Part shown: one piece after another, positions 44,830 to 56,435 of the stretch
How positions within the stretch are numbered: position 1 is the stretch's first letter
How the letters are laid out: each line of letters opens with the position of its first letter
Source: Naegleria gruberi
Lineage: Eukaryota
Strand: one strand, 5' to 3'
Length of the DNA stretch: 64,000 nucleotides
NCBI GenBank assembly: GCA_000004985.1
Contig: GG738878.1
Notes under the pieces: model-generated
What the model saw: only the letters and a program-made list of their open reading frames with translations
What the model was told of the DNA's origin: nothing
The model's database searches: none
Made by a program: the position numbers and the translations under genes

Positions 44830-47100
44830 CCGCTTTTTTGCAATGCTCCTTCAAACAATAGAATGCTCCCTTTTCCCGCCAATAAAAACCGTTTGGATTG
44901 TAAAAATGATAAAATTCTGTTCACTGTGAACGTGTAACTTCTATTCAAATATTCGTATGGATGAACGGTTAGAATTAATCAAAATGAAAAGAAAGAACGT
45001 AGACGCCTCCAGCACTAACAAAAAACAAGCTACACTCGATGGCTTTGTTACCTCCAATCAACAAAATAGCCAAGGAGGAACACAACAGGACCAACAAAAT
45101 AGCCAAGATCAGCAATCAAGCCAACTCAGTCCATCCAACGGCCAAAACCTAACACCTAAATACTCTGCTAAGCAGTTGGATGATGAAACTGATTGGATAG
45201 CATCTTTATTCAATTTTAACAAAGAAGGATTTGAAAAGGTTTCTTCCAACATTGTGTATCCTAAAATTACCGAAACTCCTACCACTCCTAAAACCATTCT
45301 GAGAAATGTAACTTGCACTGAGGTCAGCCTTGAACTTCTAATTTCAAACATGATTCCAAACCACTTTTGGCAAATACTATTGGACATATTAAACACTAAC
45401 TTGACCAGAGAGAGTACAACTGGAAAAGCATCTTCACACTCAAAGTATTACAATGATATTGATATCTCTCAGCTTTTCTCTTTTTTGGGAACTGTAATTA
45501 GCTTAGAAAACAACCATTCAAAGTTGAATGCCAATGCCAAAACCAATTTACAACAGCTTCGTGCAGAAAAGTTGGATAGCATGATTCCTGGTTATAGAAG
45601 ATACTTTTCTTTGATGAAATGTTTTGCTCCTTCTGACCAACAATTTGAATTGATTTCAACAGCATTAAACGATATCACTTTAAATGCTGTTACAATTGGT
45701 TCCAATTTTGTTGTGGACGAAACAGTGTATGCATATCAGATTTCCTCAATCGTTAAAGCAGAGGCTGAACTCTTGCAATGTCCAATTCCAGTAGTGTACA
45801 TTCCAAGAAAACCATATCCAAATGGACTTATGTCTTATAAGTTGTGTGTACTATTTCCTGGGTGTAGGAAACCTTATGTTTTAGCCATCCTTCCTCAATA
45901 CAAAGTTCCTATGGATTCCCCTCAGGAAGCAATGTTAAAATTGTTGAAAATGGTTCGTGAATGTACTGATCAAAACTTGCATATTACTGGTGATGCTGCA
46001 TTTGGTTCATTCACTATCTTTGATGAGCTAATCAAATTGAATGTTGTTGGCACTTTCTCTATTTCAGGTACTGAAAAGTCATGGATCTGGGATTTGTTGA
46101 AGAGAACACTCACTCATGGTAATTGGAAGGCTGCTGAATTTATTTCAAAATCTGTGATCGCTTCTATGCAAAGAAATCCTCAATACCAATCAGACAGAGA
46201 CAAGAAATATCACCATCTTGTTTCGAATGCATTTGATTTTGAACACTGCCAACCATTTCAGCAAACTCTTGCAAATATTCTACCTCCTTTTTGCAGAAAA
46301 ATACGGTGGAAAAATTGAAAGAAATTGGAAAGAAGGAACATATCAAATTAAGTAAGCTCACTAAGGATGAAATCATCCAGAAGATTCAATTTATTTGCAA
46401 CTCCACAAATGTAAAATCACTTCAACTACATGCTTTGCATTCGTTTGATCAGAATCAATTTAACGCTACCTCTGCTATCCATCATGACCATTATAGACGT
46501 ACTTTTAATCTTGTCGACATTCAAGATAAGTACCATTATAAGGCTAGATATGCCTATATCATCACTGAGTGGAGAACCAAATTGATGATCAGTTTATTGA
46601 ATGATCTATTTTATAACTTGTTCGCTATTATGAATGAAACTGTTCGAATCAAATATTCAGACTTTAGAAAACTGCTGGCCGAAACCTTTCTCTCTATGGG
46701 AAAGAAACTTGGCGCCAAAAAATAACTCTCCTTCCAATAAACTTCCATTTTAATTTAATTTCACACAAAAAAATTCACCAACTTTAACCAAGCATATCCT
46801 CCTTAATACGCAACTATTCGTAAAAAAAATTACATATGGTATTAGTATCTGATCTTATCTCTTACCACCACAAAATTCAATATTCGATATTAAGTAGTTG
46901 AGCGAAAAATCGCTTTTCCCAAAAAGGTATATGATGTCATAACTCACTAATTATCTCAATGAAAACAAAAGATTAAATATTCAAAAATGAATAGGATATA
47001 GTATACATGATATGAAATCATTCGTGTAAAATTCAAGATGTTATACCATGTATTAAACTAAATATTTCCTTTTAAAGAGGGAGCACTAGAAAAAAGCGGG
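44830..47100 (+). mobile_element. piggyBac-like DNA transposon (about 2.27 kb) with imperfect terminal or subterminal inverted repeats
   Basis: The left repeat CCGCTTTTTTGCAATGCTCC (44830-44849) and the right repeat GGGAGCACTAGAAAAAAGCGGG (47079-47100, whose reverse complement is CCCGCTTTTTTCTAGTGCTCCC) match at about 17 of 22 positions. They bracket one transposase-like coding region. I could not identify TTAA target-site duplications. Confidence 0.6.
44957..46725 (+). CDS. piggyBac-family (DDE_Tnp_1_7-like) transposase; two ORFs joined by a frameshift
   Basis: The ORFs are 44957..46318 (453 aa) and 46291..46725 (144 aa) in different frames. The switch falls at A-runs near 46291-46318. Hallmarks match piggyBac. 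ISQLFSFLGTVISLEN matches EIYAFFGILVMTAV. FVVDETVYAYQ matches LSIDESMIPFKGR (first D). PVVYIPRKPYPNGLMSYKLCVLF matches RQYIPNKPAKYGIKILMMCD. HITGDAAFGSFTIFDEL...VVGTFSI matches NITCDNWFTSIPLAKNL...IVGTVRSN (third D). The second catalytic Asp appears replaced (LFPGC against MMCDSG). I see no Cys-rich C-terminal domain. Confidence 0.7.
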
Positions 47101-47214
47101 AAAAACATTTCCACAGATATTGAAGAAGATGAGATTCAAGAAACTCCAAACAACAATCCCTCCACTCCAATCAAGTTCGAGGAGCCTCCTTCAAGTTTCA
47201 ACGAATTTAATCCA

Positions 47215-48411
47215 ATGAGGAGGGAGAATAGTCTTGGAACTCCAACCATGATGAAAGGTTCAGCTTCATTCTCTTCTCTTTCATCACTAAGTTCTCCATC
47301 TTCAAATCCTAACATGAGTCAACCAAATTTACTCATTGAAGAATTTGATTTGGTTGTTGGAGCTGATGGAATCAATTCTCAAACTAGAAATTTAGTATTT
47401 GGACCAGATATTCAATTTAAAAAGTATTTAAATGTAGGATATATGTGTTTCATGGTTGATTTGGTAAATGATGCAAACGATATGGATCCTGCAATAACTG
47501 GAGAGAAAATATCATTGGAACATTGTAAAATATTGAGTAAGAAAGTGAAGGAAGGAATTGAAAGTTCTCACACTGTGTCTTTCCTTCTCGATAAGGGACG
47601 ATACATGACCATTTCGAGAAATAAGAATCGTTGCTATGTTTCTTGTGCATTCACTTTGGATGAGATGGCTTCACAGAGTGAGGAATCAAATGAAGGAAAT
47701 ACTGAGAGCAGTAAGAAGGACAAGGAAAAACGAACAAGCACATCTGGATCTTCATCTGGCTCATCTGATGAAGATAAAGACAAGAGCTCAGCATCTTCAT
47801 CATCTGGTAGTAGAAAACTCTACACTCGACAAAACAAGTTGGATATTGATGTTGTCAAGAGAAAGCAATTCCTTGTGGAAAAGTTTGCAGATGTTCAACA
47901 CCTCTTCCCTCAACTGATTCAGTTATTGGGTAATTCAAATTCAATTTACTATGATGATTTGGCTCAAATTCACATTGACAAGTGGCATAAGGGAAGAATA
48001 GTCTTGTTGGGAGACAGTTGTCAAGCACTGACTCCACTCAGTGGTAAAGGTGCTTCAATGGCTCTTGTTGGGGCCAAGACTCTTGCTGACGAACTGAAAC
48101 GAGTACTAGTTCAACATGCCAAGATGGATGGTGTCGATTATATTCGTGACATTCCTGTGGAAAAATTACTCAATCATCAGGATATGCCATATTTGAAAGA
48201 TGCTCTCGAATCATATGAACGTAAAATGCTGGATCGTATCAAGGAAATCCAGAGGAAAACAATTAGAGAAGGAGATTTCTTTTTAACAACCTCTGCCTTT
48301 AAGCAATTCATTAGAAACTCGACACTGAAATACATGCCTAAAAAACTATTCCTAAAGCTTTCCAAAAAGGATGCTCAATCCAATGAAGATCTTCAATCTT
48401 CCAAACCTTAA
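47215..48411 (+). CDS. FAD-dependent monooxygenase, C-terminal part, downstream of the transposon
   Basis: The frame is open from 47062, and the ORF-track start is 47215. It holds the FAD-monooxygenase motifs DLVVGADGINSQTRNLVFG (DG/GADG motif) and GRIVLLGDSCQALTPLSGKGASMALVGAKTLADEL (the GD...H/GxG C-terminal FAD motif). Together with 44108-44816 this makes one complete aromatic-ring-hydroxylase-type enzyme. Confidence 0.7.
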   Translation: MRRENSLGTPTMMKGSASFSSLSSLSSPSSNPNMSQPNLLIEEFDLVVGADGINSQTRNLVFGPDIQFKKYLNVGYMCFMVDLVNDANDMDPAITGEKISLEHCKILSKKVKEGIESSHTVSFLLDKGRYMTISRNKNRCYVSCAFTLDEMASQSEESNEGNTESSKKDKEKRTSTSGSSSGSSDEDKDKSSASSSSGSRKLYTRQNKLDIDVVKRKQFLVEKFADVQHLFPQLIQLLGNSNSIYYDDLAQIHIDKWHKGRIVLLGDSCQALTPLSGKGASMALVGAKTLADELKRVLVQHAKMDGVDYIRDIPVEKLLNHQDMPYLKDALESYERKMLDRIKEIQRKTIREGDFFLTTSAFKQFIRNSTLKYMPKKLFLKLSKKDAQSNEDLQSSKP

Positions 48412-48592
48412 TGTATTATAATAAAGAAGACCTACTATTCCAACATTAAATAACAAACCAATCACTGTTTCATATTTTGTTCGGCATGTGTGTCGTTGTT
48501 TCTTATCCTGGATAAATAAATTTCAGTAGCTGTTAAGTTTTGGCGGGAAGCAAGTACAAACGCCTCAATCTCTCCAAAAAAAAGGACAAAAC

Positions 48593-50265
48593 ATGCCACC
48601 AAACAACAAGGTTCGACCAGTCTCATCGAATACGACCACAACAACAGCATCGGAATCTAAATCTACTAAAGCATCATCGCCTCCTTCAACAAGTGCCTCA
48701 GTTAATAATCAACAAAATTCCTTGAATAATACAGTTGCATCAAATGCTGATACATCCTCTTCGTATACAACAACAACAAGATCTAATTATGATAACATGT
48801 CCGATTCGGGTGATGAGACTGGTATTAAAGTTGTGGTGAGAATGAGACCTTTCAATGATAGAGAAATGAAATTGAAAGCACAACCTTGTATAACAATAAC
48901 AAAAGCGAATAGAGAAGTTCTTATTAAGAGAAAAGACAAGGAAGATAAGAAATTCTATTTTGACGATGTGTTTGATGAGAATTCTACGCAACAGGAAGTT
49001 TATTCATCAACTGGTCAGAGAGTTTTAGATAGATATGTGTTAGGTTTTAATGTACGTATTAATTTGATGAGCAATTCTGAACTGTTTCAAAATATTTTAC
49101 ATATTTATTTCTGGATTAGGCTTGTATATTTGCGTATGGTCAAACTGGATCTGGTAAATCTGTAAGTAATCCATCTCTCTATTCAATGTGACAATTTAAA
49201 TAGTGGACAATGCAAGGTATGAAAGGAAATCAAGAAAAGGAAGGAATCATGTCAAGATTTGTCAGAGAATTGTTTGGATATGTGGAACGAGAAAAGGAAA
49301 AGACTGACATCACTATTAAGGCATCCTATTTGGAAATTTACAATGAAAATATTTTGGACTTGTTGAATCCTCATAGTGGAAGAGTGAGTTATGAAATAAG
49401 AGAAGACAAAGTGAAAGGAACATATATTACAAACCTTATTGAAAAACCAATCACGACAGATACTGAGCTGAATGAAATTTTGGATGAGGGTGCAACAAGG
49501 AGAACTGTTGGAGAAACAAAAATGAATCAAGAATCGTCCAGATCTCATGGTATTCTTCAAATTTGTATGGAACAGGTTGATAAGGGAGATGAGGATGGTT
49601 TCAGCTATAGATCCAATAAGATTTCACTCGTTGACTTGGCTGGTTCTGAAAGACAATCAGCTACTGAAGCAACAGGTGATAGATTGAAGGAAGGAGCTAA
49701 AATCAACTTGTCACTCTCCAACTTGGGTAATGTCATTAATGCACTTGTAAAGAAGACAAACTTTGTACCATATCGTAACTCCAAATTGACCAGATTATTG
49801 AAAGATTCAATTGGTGGTAACTCCTATACGTTGTTGGTTGTTTGTGTGAGTCCTGCCGATGTCAACGCTGAAGAATCATTGAGCACTCTGTATTTTGCTG
49901 ATAGGGCTAAACAAATCAAGAACAAACTCAAGGTTTCTAGAGGAGATCCTCGATTGGAAAAGATTGCAGAACTTCTCGAGATTGAAAAGCAATTGAGAGC
50001 TAGGGTTTTAGAACTGGAAACTGAATTATCGAAATATACCACTGTCCCTCCACCAGTGCAAAAGAGTCTTGCCACGAGTTCGACGGCGGTTGGTGAATCC
50101 ATTAGTGCTTCTCAATTTGCCAAAATTAAGAATGACATGAAGGGAGAATCAAAAATTGTACAAACTGATCCAGTTCAATTCGCGGATGGAAAAACATATG
50201 AACCCCTCGATATTGAAAATCCTCAACAACCACCAAAGAAGCAGGGTTGTTGTTGCATTCAATAA
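48593..50265 (+). CDS. kinesin-like motor protein, three exons
   Basis: Exon 1 is 48593..49051. Intron 1 is 49052..49119 (68 nt, GTACGT..TTAG). Exon 2 is 49120..49161 and encodes the P-loop ACIFAYGQTGSGKS. Intron 2 is 49162..49203 (42 nt, GTAAGT..ATAG). Exon 3 is 49204..50265. The motor motifs are IKVVVRMRPFNDRE, GQTGSGKSWTMQG, SSRSHGILQI (switch I), LVDLAGSER (switch II) and VPYRNSKLTRLLKDS. A short coiled coil follows. The C-terminus is ...KKQGCCCIQ. Confidence 0.85.
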
Positions 50266-50544
50266 ATACCTCTGCCCTTACTTTGTGAAAGATTCTTTAA
50301 AGCAAGGACTAAATTCTCCTTAATCAACGGTCCTACGGAGAAACATATATGAATGAAAAAGAAGGTTCAATTTCAGGAGTCTTGAAGTTTTCTTGTCCTT
50401 ATGATCAGTACTATTCTCTGCAACACAATAAAAAATCAACACCCTCATGTCCTTCCTCTAAATTCCGAGTGTGTTTCATTGTTGCTTTCTTTTCAAACAA
50501 AATTCTCCATCATATTCAACAAAAAGAAAAAGCAACAAGACAAG

Positions 50545-51903
50545 ATGAAGAAAATGTTTAGCACATCTTCCCTATTTCGATCCAAAGGAGTTAAGGAACC
50601 AACTATCACTGAATATTATACACTCGATGTGGATGATGAAACAACCTATAAGAGAATCGATCAGAAGAAAACCATCTTATCGAATTTGTATTGTCGAATC
50701 ATGATTGGATTATCAATTACTTGTTGTTTACTATCTTTTGGATTTTTAGTATTATTTCTGATAACTTGGTTTTCGGTGGCTGATTATTTGTGGAATGTAG
50801 TGTTTTCTGTGAATCCAGCTGTGAATTGTGGACTTCCCTACTGATTAAATACTCCTTCAAATTATACGATTCAGACCAAGTGTCCATATTTTGAGGAACC
50901 AACATCACAGTGGCATGATAAATTGAAGAAGTATTTTGTGGATCAGGGAAATTATGAAACTGTTAGTTTTATGAGTAGAGATGCTGATTGGATTGAGGGA
51001 GGAATTGGTATGTTCTCCATATTCTGTTTATGGAACATTTAAACTTGCTAATTTTTTTGATATTATAGGAAAAGTGAAAGTGGTTGGAACTCTTTACAAA
51101 CAACCAATTATCAATTCAACATCAAGATTTATAGTCACAGTTCATGGATACACAGCTTGTAGATTTAAATACGAAACCATGTTAGCGAGTACAATGCTGT
51201 ATCATATGGGATTTAACATTTTACAGATCGATTTGAGAAATCATGGAGATACTGGAATATTTAAAAAATTACCGTATGCTTCCTTTGGATCTTTTGAACA
51301 TTTGGATGTTTTAGGAGCTTTGGATTATCTTCAACAAAAATATCCATTTTTGGATAATAACTCTTTTGGAATTTTTGGAACTTCGATGGTGAGTTTAATT
51401 TATTTGAAATTTGACTAAATAATTTCAAATAGGGAGCTGCAACTTCACTCATTGCATTCTCAAAAGATAAACGAATCAAACAAGCTTTCGTTGACAGTCC
51501 TCCAATTGACATATTCGAAACAATTCATGATGGAGCAAAACAAATTGTAGGAAGTTCTGTTGCTAGAATTGCCATTGATGCTCTCAAAAGTATCGTTCCT
51601 CATAAGGCTCAATTGATGGGATTTCCTCCATTTCACAATGATGTGAAATCATTATTGGAGAAGGTTGACTTGTCAAATGACAGGAAAATATTCTTGATGC
51701 ATGTAGAGGGCGATTTGGTTGTTCCAACATTTAATTATTACGAATTTTGGAAAGCTGTAAATACTTCCCTTGTAAATAACAAGTATTCACCTTCTAGTGT
51801 GGAAACTTTCCTTGGGCAAGTTGACTATTCCTACAATGACAGAACAAGAAAGCATTGTAGCAAACATTTAAATAGAAGAAGTTGGTCTATTGAAATCAAA
51901 TAA
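50545..51903 (+). CDS. alpha/beta-hydrolase-fold protein with an N-terminal TM segment, four exons
   Basis: Exons are 50545..50820, 50875..51007, 51069..51388 and 51433..51903. Introns are 50821..50874 (GTGAAT..TCAG), 51008..51068 (GTATGT..ATAG, phase 1) and 51389..51432 (GTGAGT..ATAG, phase 0). The nucleophile elbow GTSMG (IFGTSM|GAATSL) is split by intron 3. The segment HGYTACRF...DLRNHGDTG resembles dienelactone-hydrolase or S9-like enzymes. Confidence 0.65.
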
Positions 51904-52000
51904 ATTCAAATTGAGTAAGTATTTGAATTGAATTGTTGGTGTTTTTTGAATCCGTTTTAATTCGAGATATTTTTGCTTTTACATGATGAGATTTTTGTTT

Positions 52001-52942
52001 TCAATTCATTGAAGCAAAATTAGGAATATAATATGTTGATAGCTCAACAAGAGCCATATAATTAGATTCTCCAATAAGATTCTTAATTCCATTCTCATCA
52101 ACAATTACAAGAGTTACATTCTTTGGAACTTGAATTTGTTGCGAACCCACTTTAGGTCTATCAATAATACTTCCTTCATAAAATACTCCCAATAATTCTT
52201 TTTCTAGTTTGCATCTATAAAACATGGTAAAAATTATCTTGACGTTTGGTGGAAAATCTTTCAACTTGTCAATTTCTCCATAAAGTTCAGTAAAACTAAA
52301 CTCTGACTTATTTTTGTCTTGAATACACCACCACAAATCTTGTTCAAAAACAATAAACATATCTGGCCCACGTGATTTTTCTTTCATAATAGAAAGTCTG
52401 TTCTGATAAGCACTAAAATGTAAATGAACTTTCTTCCATTCGCTTTCAGCGTTTTCTCTTGTACGCTTATTTGTTATCATGGTAGGAAAATTAATGCAAA
52501 GCTTATCAGCTAAAGTTGTACCTGTTAAAAAAGGGAAAACACTTCCGAAATTAGAGTTTTGGAGAAGACCCAGTTTAGATTTCCAAACAATAAATGATCC
52601 AATTAATATCTCAAATGTTGCTCCCTTATCCAAAAATTGAGGAATTGTTTTTACAAATCGTTGAATTGAAAATGATGGTCCATAAATTCCTAAATACTTC
52701 CTGATTGTTCTTCTTGGAAATGCAAGTCTAATATTTCCATTGTTTTCATTAGTCACATAACAATTTAATGCTACAGCCAAGGTGCTCAAATCAACTTCTT
52801 TGACATCTTCAAGACCGCTAATTTTTGTAAACTCAAACATTGTTGTATTAAATTTCAAATCAGATTTTAAATCAGTAACTACTTGACCTATAAACATTAG
52901 AAATGTGTAAACTTGGCCAGCAAAACTCTTCCAAAAATCCAC
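52001..52942 (-). CDS. hypothetical protein; last gene before the telomere-like repeat block; possibly 5'-truncated
   Basis: A 313-aa ORF whose first in-frame ATG is 15 codons in. The ORF-track start is a GTG. The upstream sequence runs straight into the GGGTTT-type repeats. I recognise no domain. Confidence 0.45.
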   Translation of the reverse strand: MDFWKSFAGQVYTFLMFIGQVVTDLKSDLKFNTTMFEFTKISGLEDVKEVDLSTLAVALNCYVTNENNGNIRLAFPRRTIRKYLGIYGPSFSIQRFVKTIPQFLDKGATFEILIGSFIVWKSKLGLLQNSNFGSVFPFLTGTTLADKLCINFPTMITNKRTRENAESEWKKVHLHFSAYQNRLSIMKEKSRGPDMFIVFEQDLWWCIQDKNKSEFSFTELYGEIDKLKDFPPNVKIIFTMFYRCKLEKELLGVFYEGSIIDRPKVGSQQIQVPKNVTLVIVDENGIKNLIGESNYMALVELSTYYIPNFASMN

Positions 52943-52980
52943 AAATCAAGAAAGGTTTGCCAAACAAATCAAGAAAGGCA

Positions 52981-53010
52981 GGGGGTTGGGTTTGGGTTTG
53001 GGTATGGCGA
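52981..53010 (+). repeat. short degenerate telomere-like block (GGGGGTTGGGTTTGGGTTTGGGTATGG)
   Basis: Read directly from the sequence. It lies about 290 bp upstream of the long array. Confidence 0.8.
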
Positions 53011-53297
53011 AAACCTAATCACATAAAACGAACGGCTAATATTGGCTATCCAGTTCTTATATATGTATTATTAAATACATTAATATATCTATTCTGTAAT
53101 ACACGTGAAAAAACTCCCCGTAGTTATTGAGATAATCAAAAATGGTCAACTCAAAAATTCATAGTATATCTATTATCTCTGCGACGAGAACGTTCCGGGT
53201 TATGATTCACTCAAATATCAATCTATATGAGTTTTGGAAGAAATGATAGAAAATACTAATTTTTTTAATTCGCCGTTCCCGAGATAATTGAGTCCTT

Positions 53298-53540
53298 GGG
53301 TTTGGGTTTGGGTTTGGGTTTGGATTTGGGTTTGGGTTTGGGTTTGGGTTTGGGTTTGGGTTTGGGTTTGGGTTTGGGTTTGGGTTTGGGTTTGGGTTTG
53401 GGTTTGGGTTTGGTTTAGGTTTGGGTTTGGGTTTGGGTTTGGGTTTGGGTTTGGGTTTGGGTTTGGGTTTGGGTTTGGGTTTGGGTTTGGGTTTGGGTTT
53501 GGGTTTGGGTTTGGGTTTGGGTTTGGGTTTGGGTTTGGGT
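53298..53540 (+). repeat. (GGGTTT)n telomere-like hexamer array 1, about 40 units, running into an N gap
   Basis: Read directly. The only variant unit is GGTTTAGGTTT at 53411. The array ends at the gap at 53541-54836. Confidence 0.95.
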
Positions 53541-54836
53541 NNNNNNNNNNNNNNNNNNNNNNNNNNNNNNNNNNNNNNNNNNNNNNNNNNNNNNNNNNNN
53601 NNNNNNNNNNNNNNNNNNNNNNNNNNNNNNNNNNNNNNNNNNNNNNNNNNNNNNNNNNNNNNNNNNNNNNNNNNNNNNNNNNNNNNNNNNNNNNNNNNNN
53701 NNNNNNNNNNNNNNNNNNNNNNNNNNNNNNNNNNNNNNNNNNNNNNNNNNNNNNNNNNNNNNNNNNNNNNNNNNNNNNNNNNNNNNNNNNNNNNNNNNNN
53801 NNNNNNNNNNNNNNNNNNNNNNNNNNNNNNNNNNNNNNNNNNNNNNNNNNNNNNNNNNNNNNNNNNNNNNNNNNNNNNNNNNNNNNNNNNNNNNNNNNNN
53901 NNNNNNNNNNNNNNNNNNNNNNNNNNNNNNNNNNNNNNNNNNNNNNNNNNNNNNNNNNNNNNNNNNNNNNNNNNNNNNNNNNNNNNNNNNNNNNNNNNNN
54001 NNNNNNNNNNNNNNNNNNNNNNNNNNNNNNNNNNNNNNNNNNNNNNNNNNNNNNNNNNNNNNNNNNNNNNNNNNNNNNNNNNNNNNNNNNNNNNNNNNNN
54101 NNNNNNNNNNNNNNNNNNNNNNNNNNNNNNNNNNNNNNNNNNNNNNNNNNNNNNNNNNNNNNNNNNNNNNNNNNNNNNNNNNNNNNNNNNNNNNNNNNNN
54201 NNNNNNNNNNNNNNNNNNNNNNNNNNNNNNNNNNNNNNNNNNNNNNNNNNNNNNNNNNNNNNNNNNNNNNNNNNNNNNNNNNNNNNNNNNNNNNNNNNNN
54301 NNNNNNNNNNNNNNNNNNNNNNNNNNNNNNNNNNNNNNNNNNNNNNNNNNNNNNNNNNNNNNNNNNNNNNNNNNNNNNNNNNNNNNNNNNNNNNNNNNNN
54401 NNNNNNNNNNNNNNNNNNNNNNNNNNNNNNNNNNNNNNNNNNNNNNNNNNNNNNNNNNNNNNNNNNNNNNNNNNNNNNNNNNNNNNNNNNNNNNNNNNNN
54501 NNNNNNNNNNNNNNNNNNNNNNNNNNNNNNNNNNNNNNNNNNNNNNNNNNNNNNNNNNNNNNNNNNNNNNNNNNNNNNNNNNNNNNNNNNNNNNNNNNNN
54601 NNNNNNNNNNNNNNNNNNNNNNNNNNNNNNNNNNNNNNNNNNNNNNNNNNNNNNNNNNNNNNNNNNNNNNNNNNNNNNNNNNNNNNNNNNNNNNNNNNNN
54701 NNNNNNNNNNNNNNNNNNNNNNNNNNNNNNNNNNNNNNNNNNNNNNNNNNNNNNNNNNNNNNNNNNNNNNNNNNNNNNNNNNNNNNNNNNNNNNNNNNNN
54801 NNNNNNNNNNNNNNNNNNNNNNNNNNNNNNNNNNNN
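53541..54836. other. assembly gap (N run, 1296 nt)
   Basis: Contiguous N. Confidence 1.
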
Positions 54837-55529
54837 CTGATATACCATGATTAATTGATCTATATATGATATTATAATTGAAAGATTTTAAAATTAATAT
54901 GATTTCATTATATTGACATTCATAATTCTCATGATTACACTCCTTACATGTTGAATGATTTCAAATTGTGATGAAACTGATACAGTGGTGTTTATTCACC
55001 ATTAGTAAGGTACTGTACCAATTTCATGATGATCTGTATAGTACATGTCATTGTCACATCCCTGTAGGTATCAAGTGGATCAGCCATGTACCATGTATGA
55101 TATGGATGAATGTCAAAATGATATTAATGTATTTAATTATCATGTATATATGTATTGGAAGTGAATTGAAGTGGTATAGATTTCTATCTTCAATGTTAGT
55201 ATAGGTCAGTTGACAAGTTGAATAGTAAATTTCTTGAAATGATACCAAAGTATTTGAAATTGATATATATTGTTATTAACATGATTTATAAGATGATATA
55301 TTGATTTGAAATGATTTTGAAATGTTTTCATTGATATTCTTATTGTCTAATCTATTATATGAAATTAACTTATATTAGTCATGATAATGATGTAATATTA
55401 TGTTATAATATGATTATATATTCAATTTGGAGTATATTGATATATAATATATTGATTTATAATGAGTATTTATTGAGATAATTAATTAAGATGAATAAAA
55501 GTCAAAAGGTTGGGTCTGACCTTAGTCGT

Positions 55530-55796
55530 GGGTTTGGGTTTGGGTTTGGGTTTGGGTTTGGGTTTGGGTTTGGGTTTGGGTTTGGGTTTGGGTTTGGGTT
55601 TGGGTTTGGGTTTGGGTTTGGGTTTGGGTTTGGGTTTGGGTTTGGGTTTTGGTTTTGGGTTTGGGTTTGGGTTTGGGTTTGGGTTTGGGTTGGGTTTGGG
55701 TTTGGGTTTGGGTTTGGGTTTGGGTTTGGGTTTGGGTTTGGGTTTGGGTTTGGGTTTGGGTTTGGGTTTGGGTTTGGGTTTGGGTTTGGGTTTGGA
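55530..55796 (+). repeat. (GGGTTT)n telomere-like array 2, running into a 50-N gap
   Basis: Read directly. Variants are GGGTTTTGGTTTTGGG at about 55645 and GGGTTGGGTTT at about 55686. A gap of exactly 50 N follows (55797-55846), which is the usual placeholder for an unknown-size gap. Confidence 0.95.
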
Positions 55797-56435
55797 NNNN
55801 NNNNNNNNNNNNNNNNNNNNNNNNNNNNNNNNNNNNNNNNNNNNNNAGTACATGAAATTGAATTCTATATCATTATAGATCATTTACATCATTTTGGTAA
55901 AGTTTCAATAGGTTTTCCTTTTTCAAGATTTCATCTTTTTGTCATAGTTGACCATATGATGATTGAGGGAAGAAATCTTTAAATATGAAAGTTAAAATAA
56001 ATTTGATATTCGATGTTTACTCATCAAATGGAACATTTTCATATTAGGATTCAATATGTTTTGATGAGAAACTCAAAAGTTATTGTTGACCTCTTTTACC
56101 TCACATCTCCCTTTTCACTCAATACTTTTATATCTACAGACATGAACTTTTGAAATTTCATATGAAAGTGATTATGAATGTTGTTAACGATGATATTGAC
56201 TATATAATCTTATTAAACGATTTTGAAATTATCATTCTTCCTATGGTTTCATTTTAACAATTTTAATCTGACATTATTTACAAAGTTAATATTTTATAAA
56301 TTGAAAAACTAAATATACTGCGTTGTTCTACTCATCATTTCCTATCGAATGATATAAAATTTAATGATATTTGAATAAGTTTATAATTTTGGGCTAGGGT
56401 TTGAAGGTTGGGTTTAGAAGAATTCTATTTTTAGT

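Noticed and set aside
44817-44830. TTAA target-site duplication expected at piggyBac ends
   Set aside because: I looked for TTAA immediately outside both inverted repeats (44820-44830 and 47100-47110) and found none. The matched repeats may be subterminal, with the true termini a few bp away. This is why the mobile-element boundaries are given at moderate confidence only.
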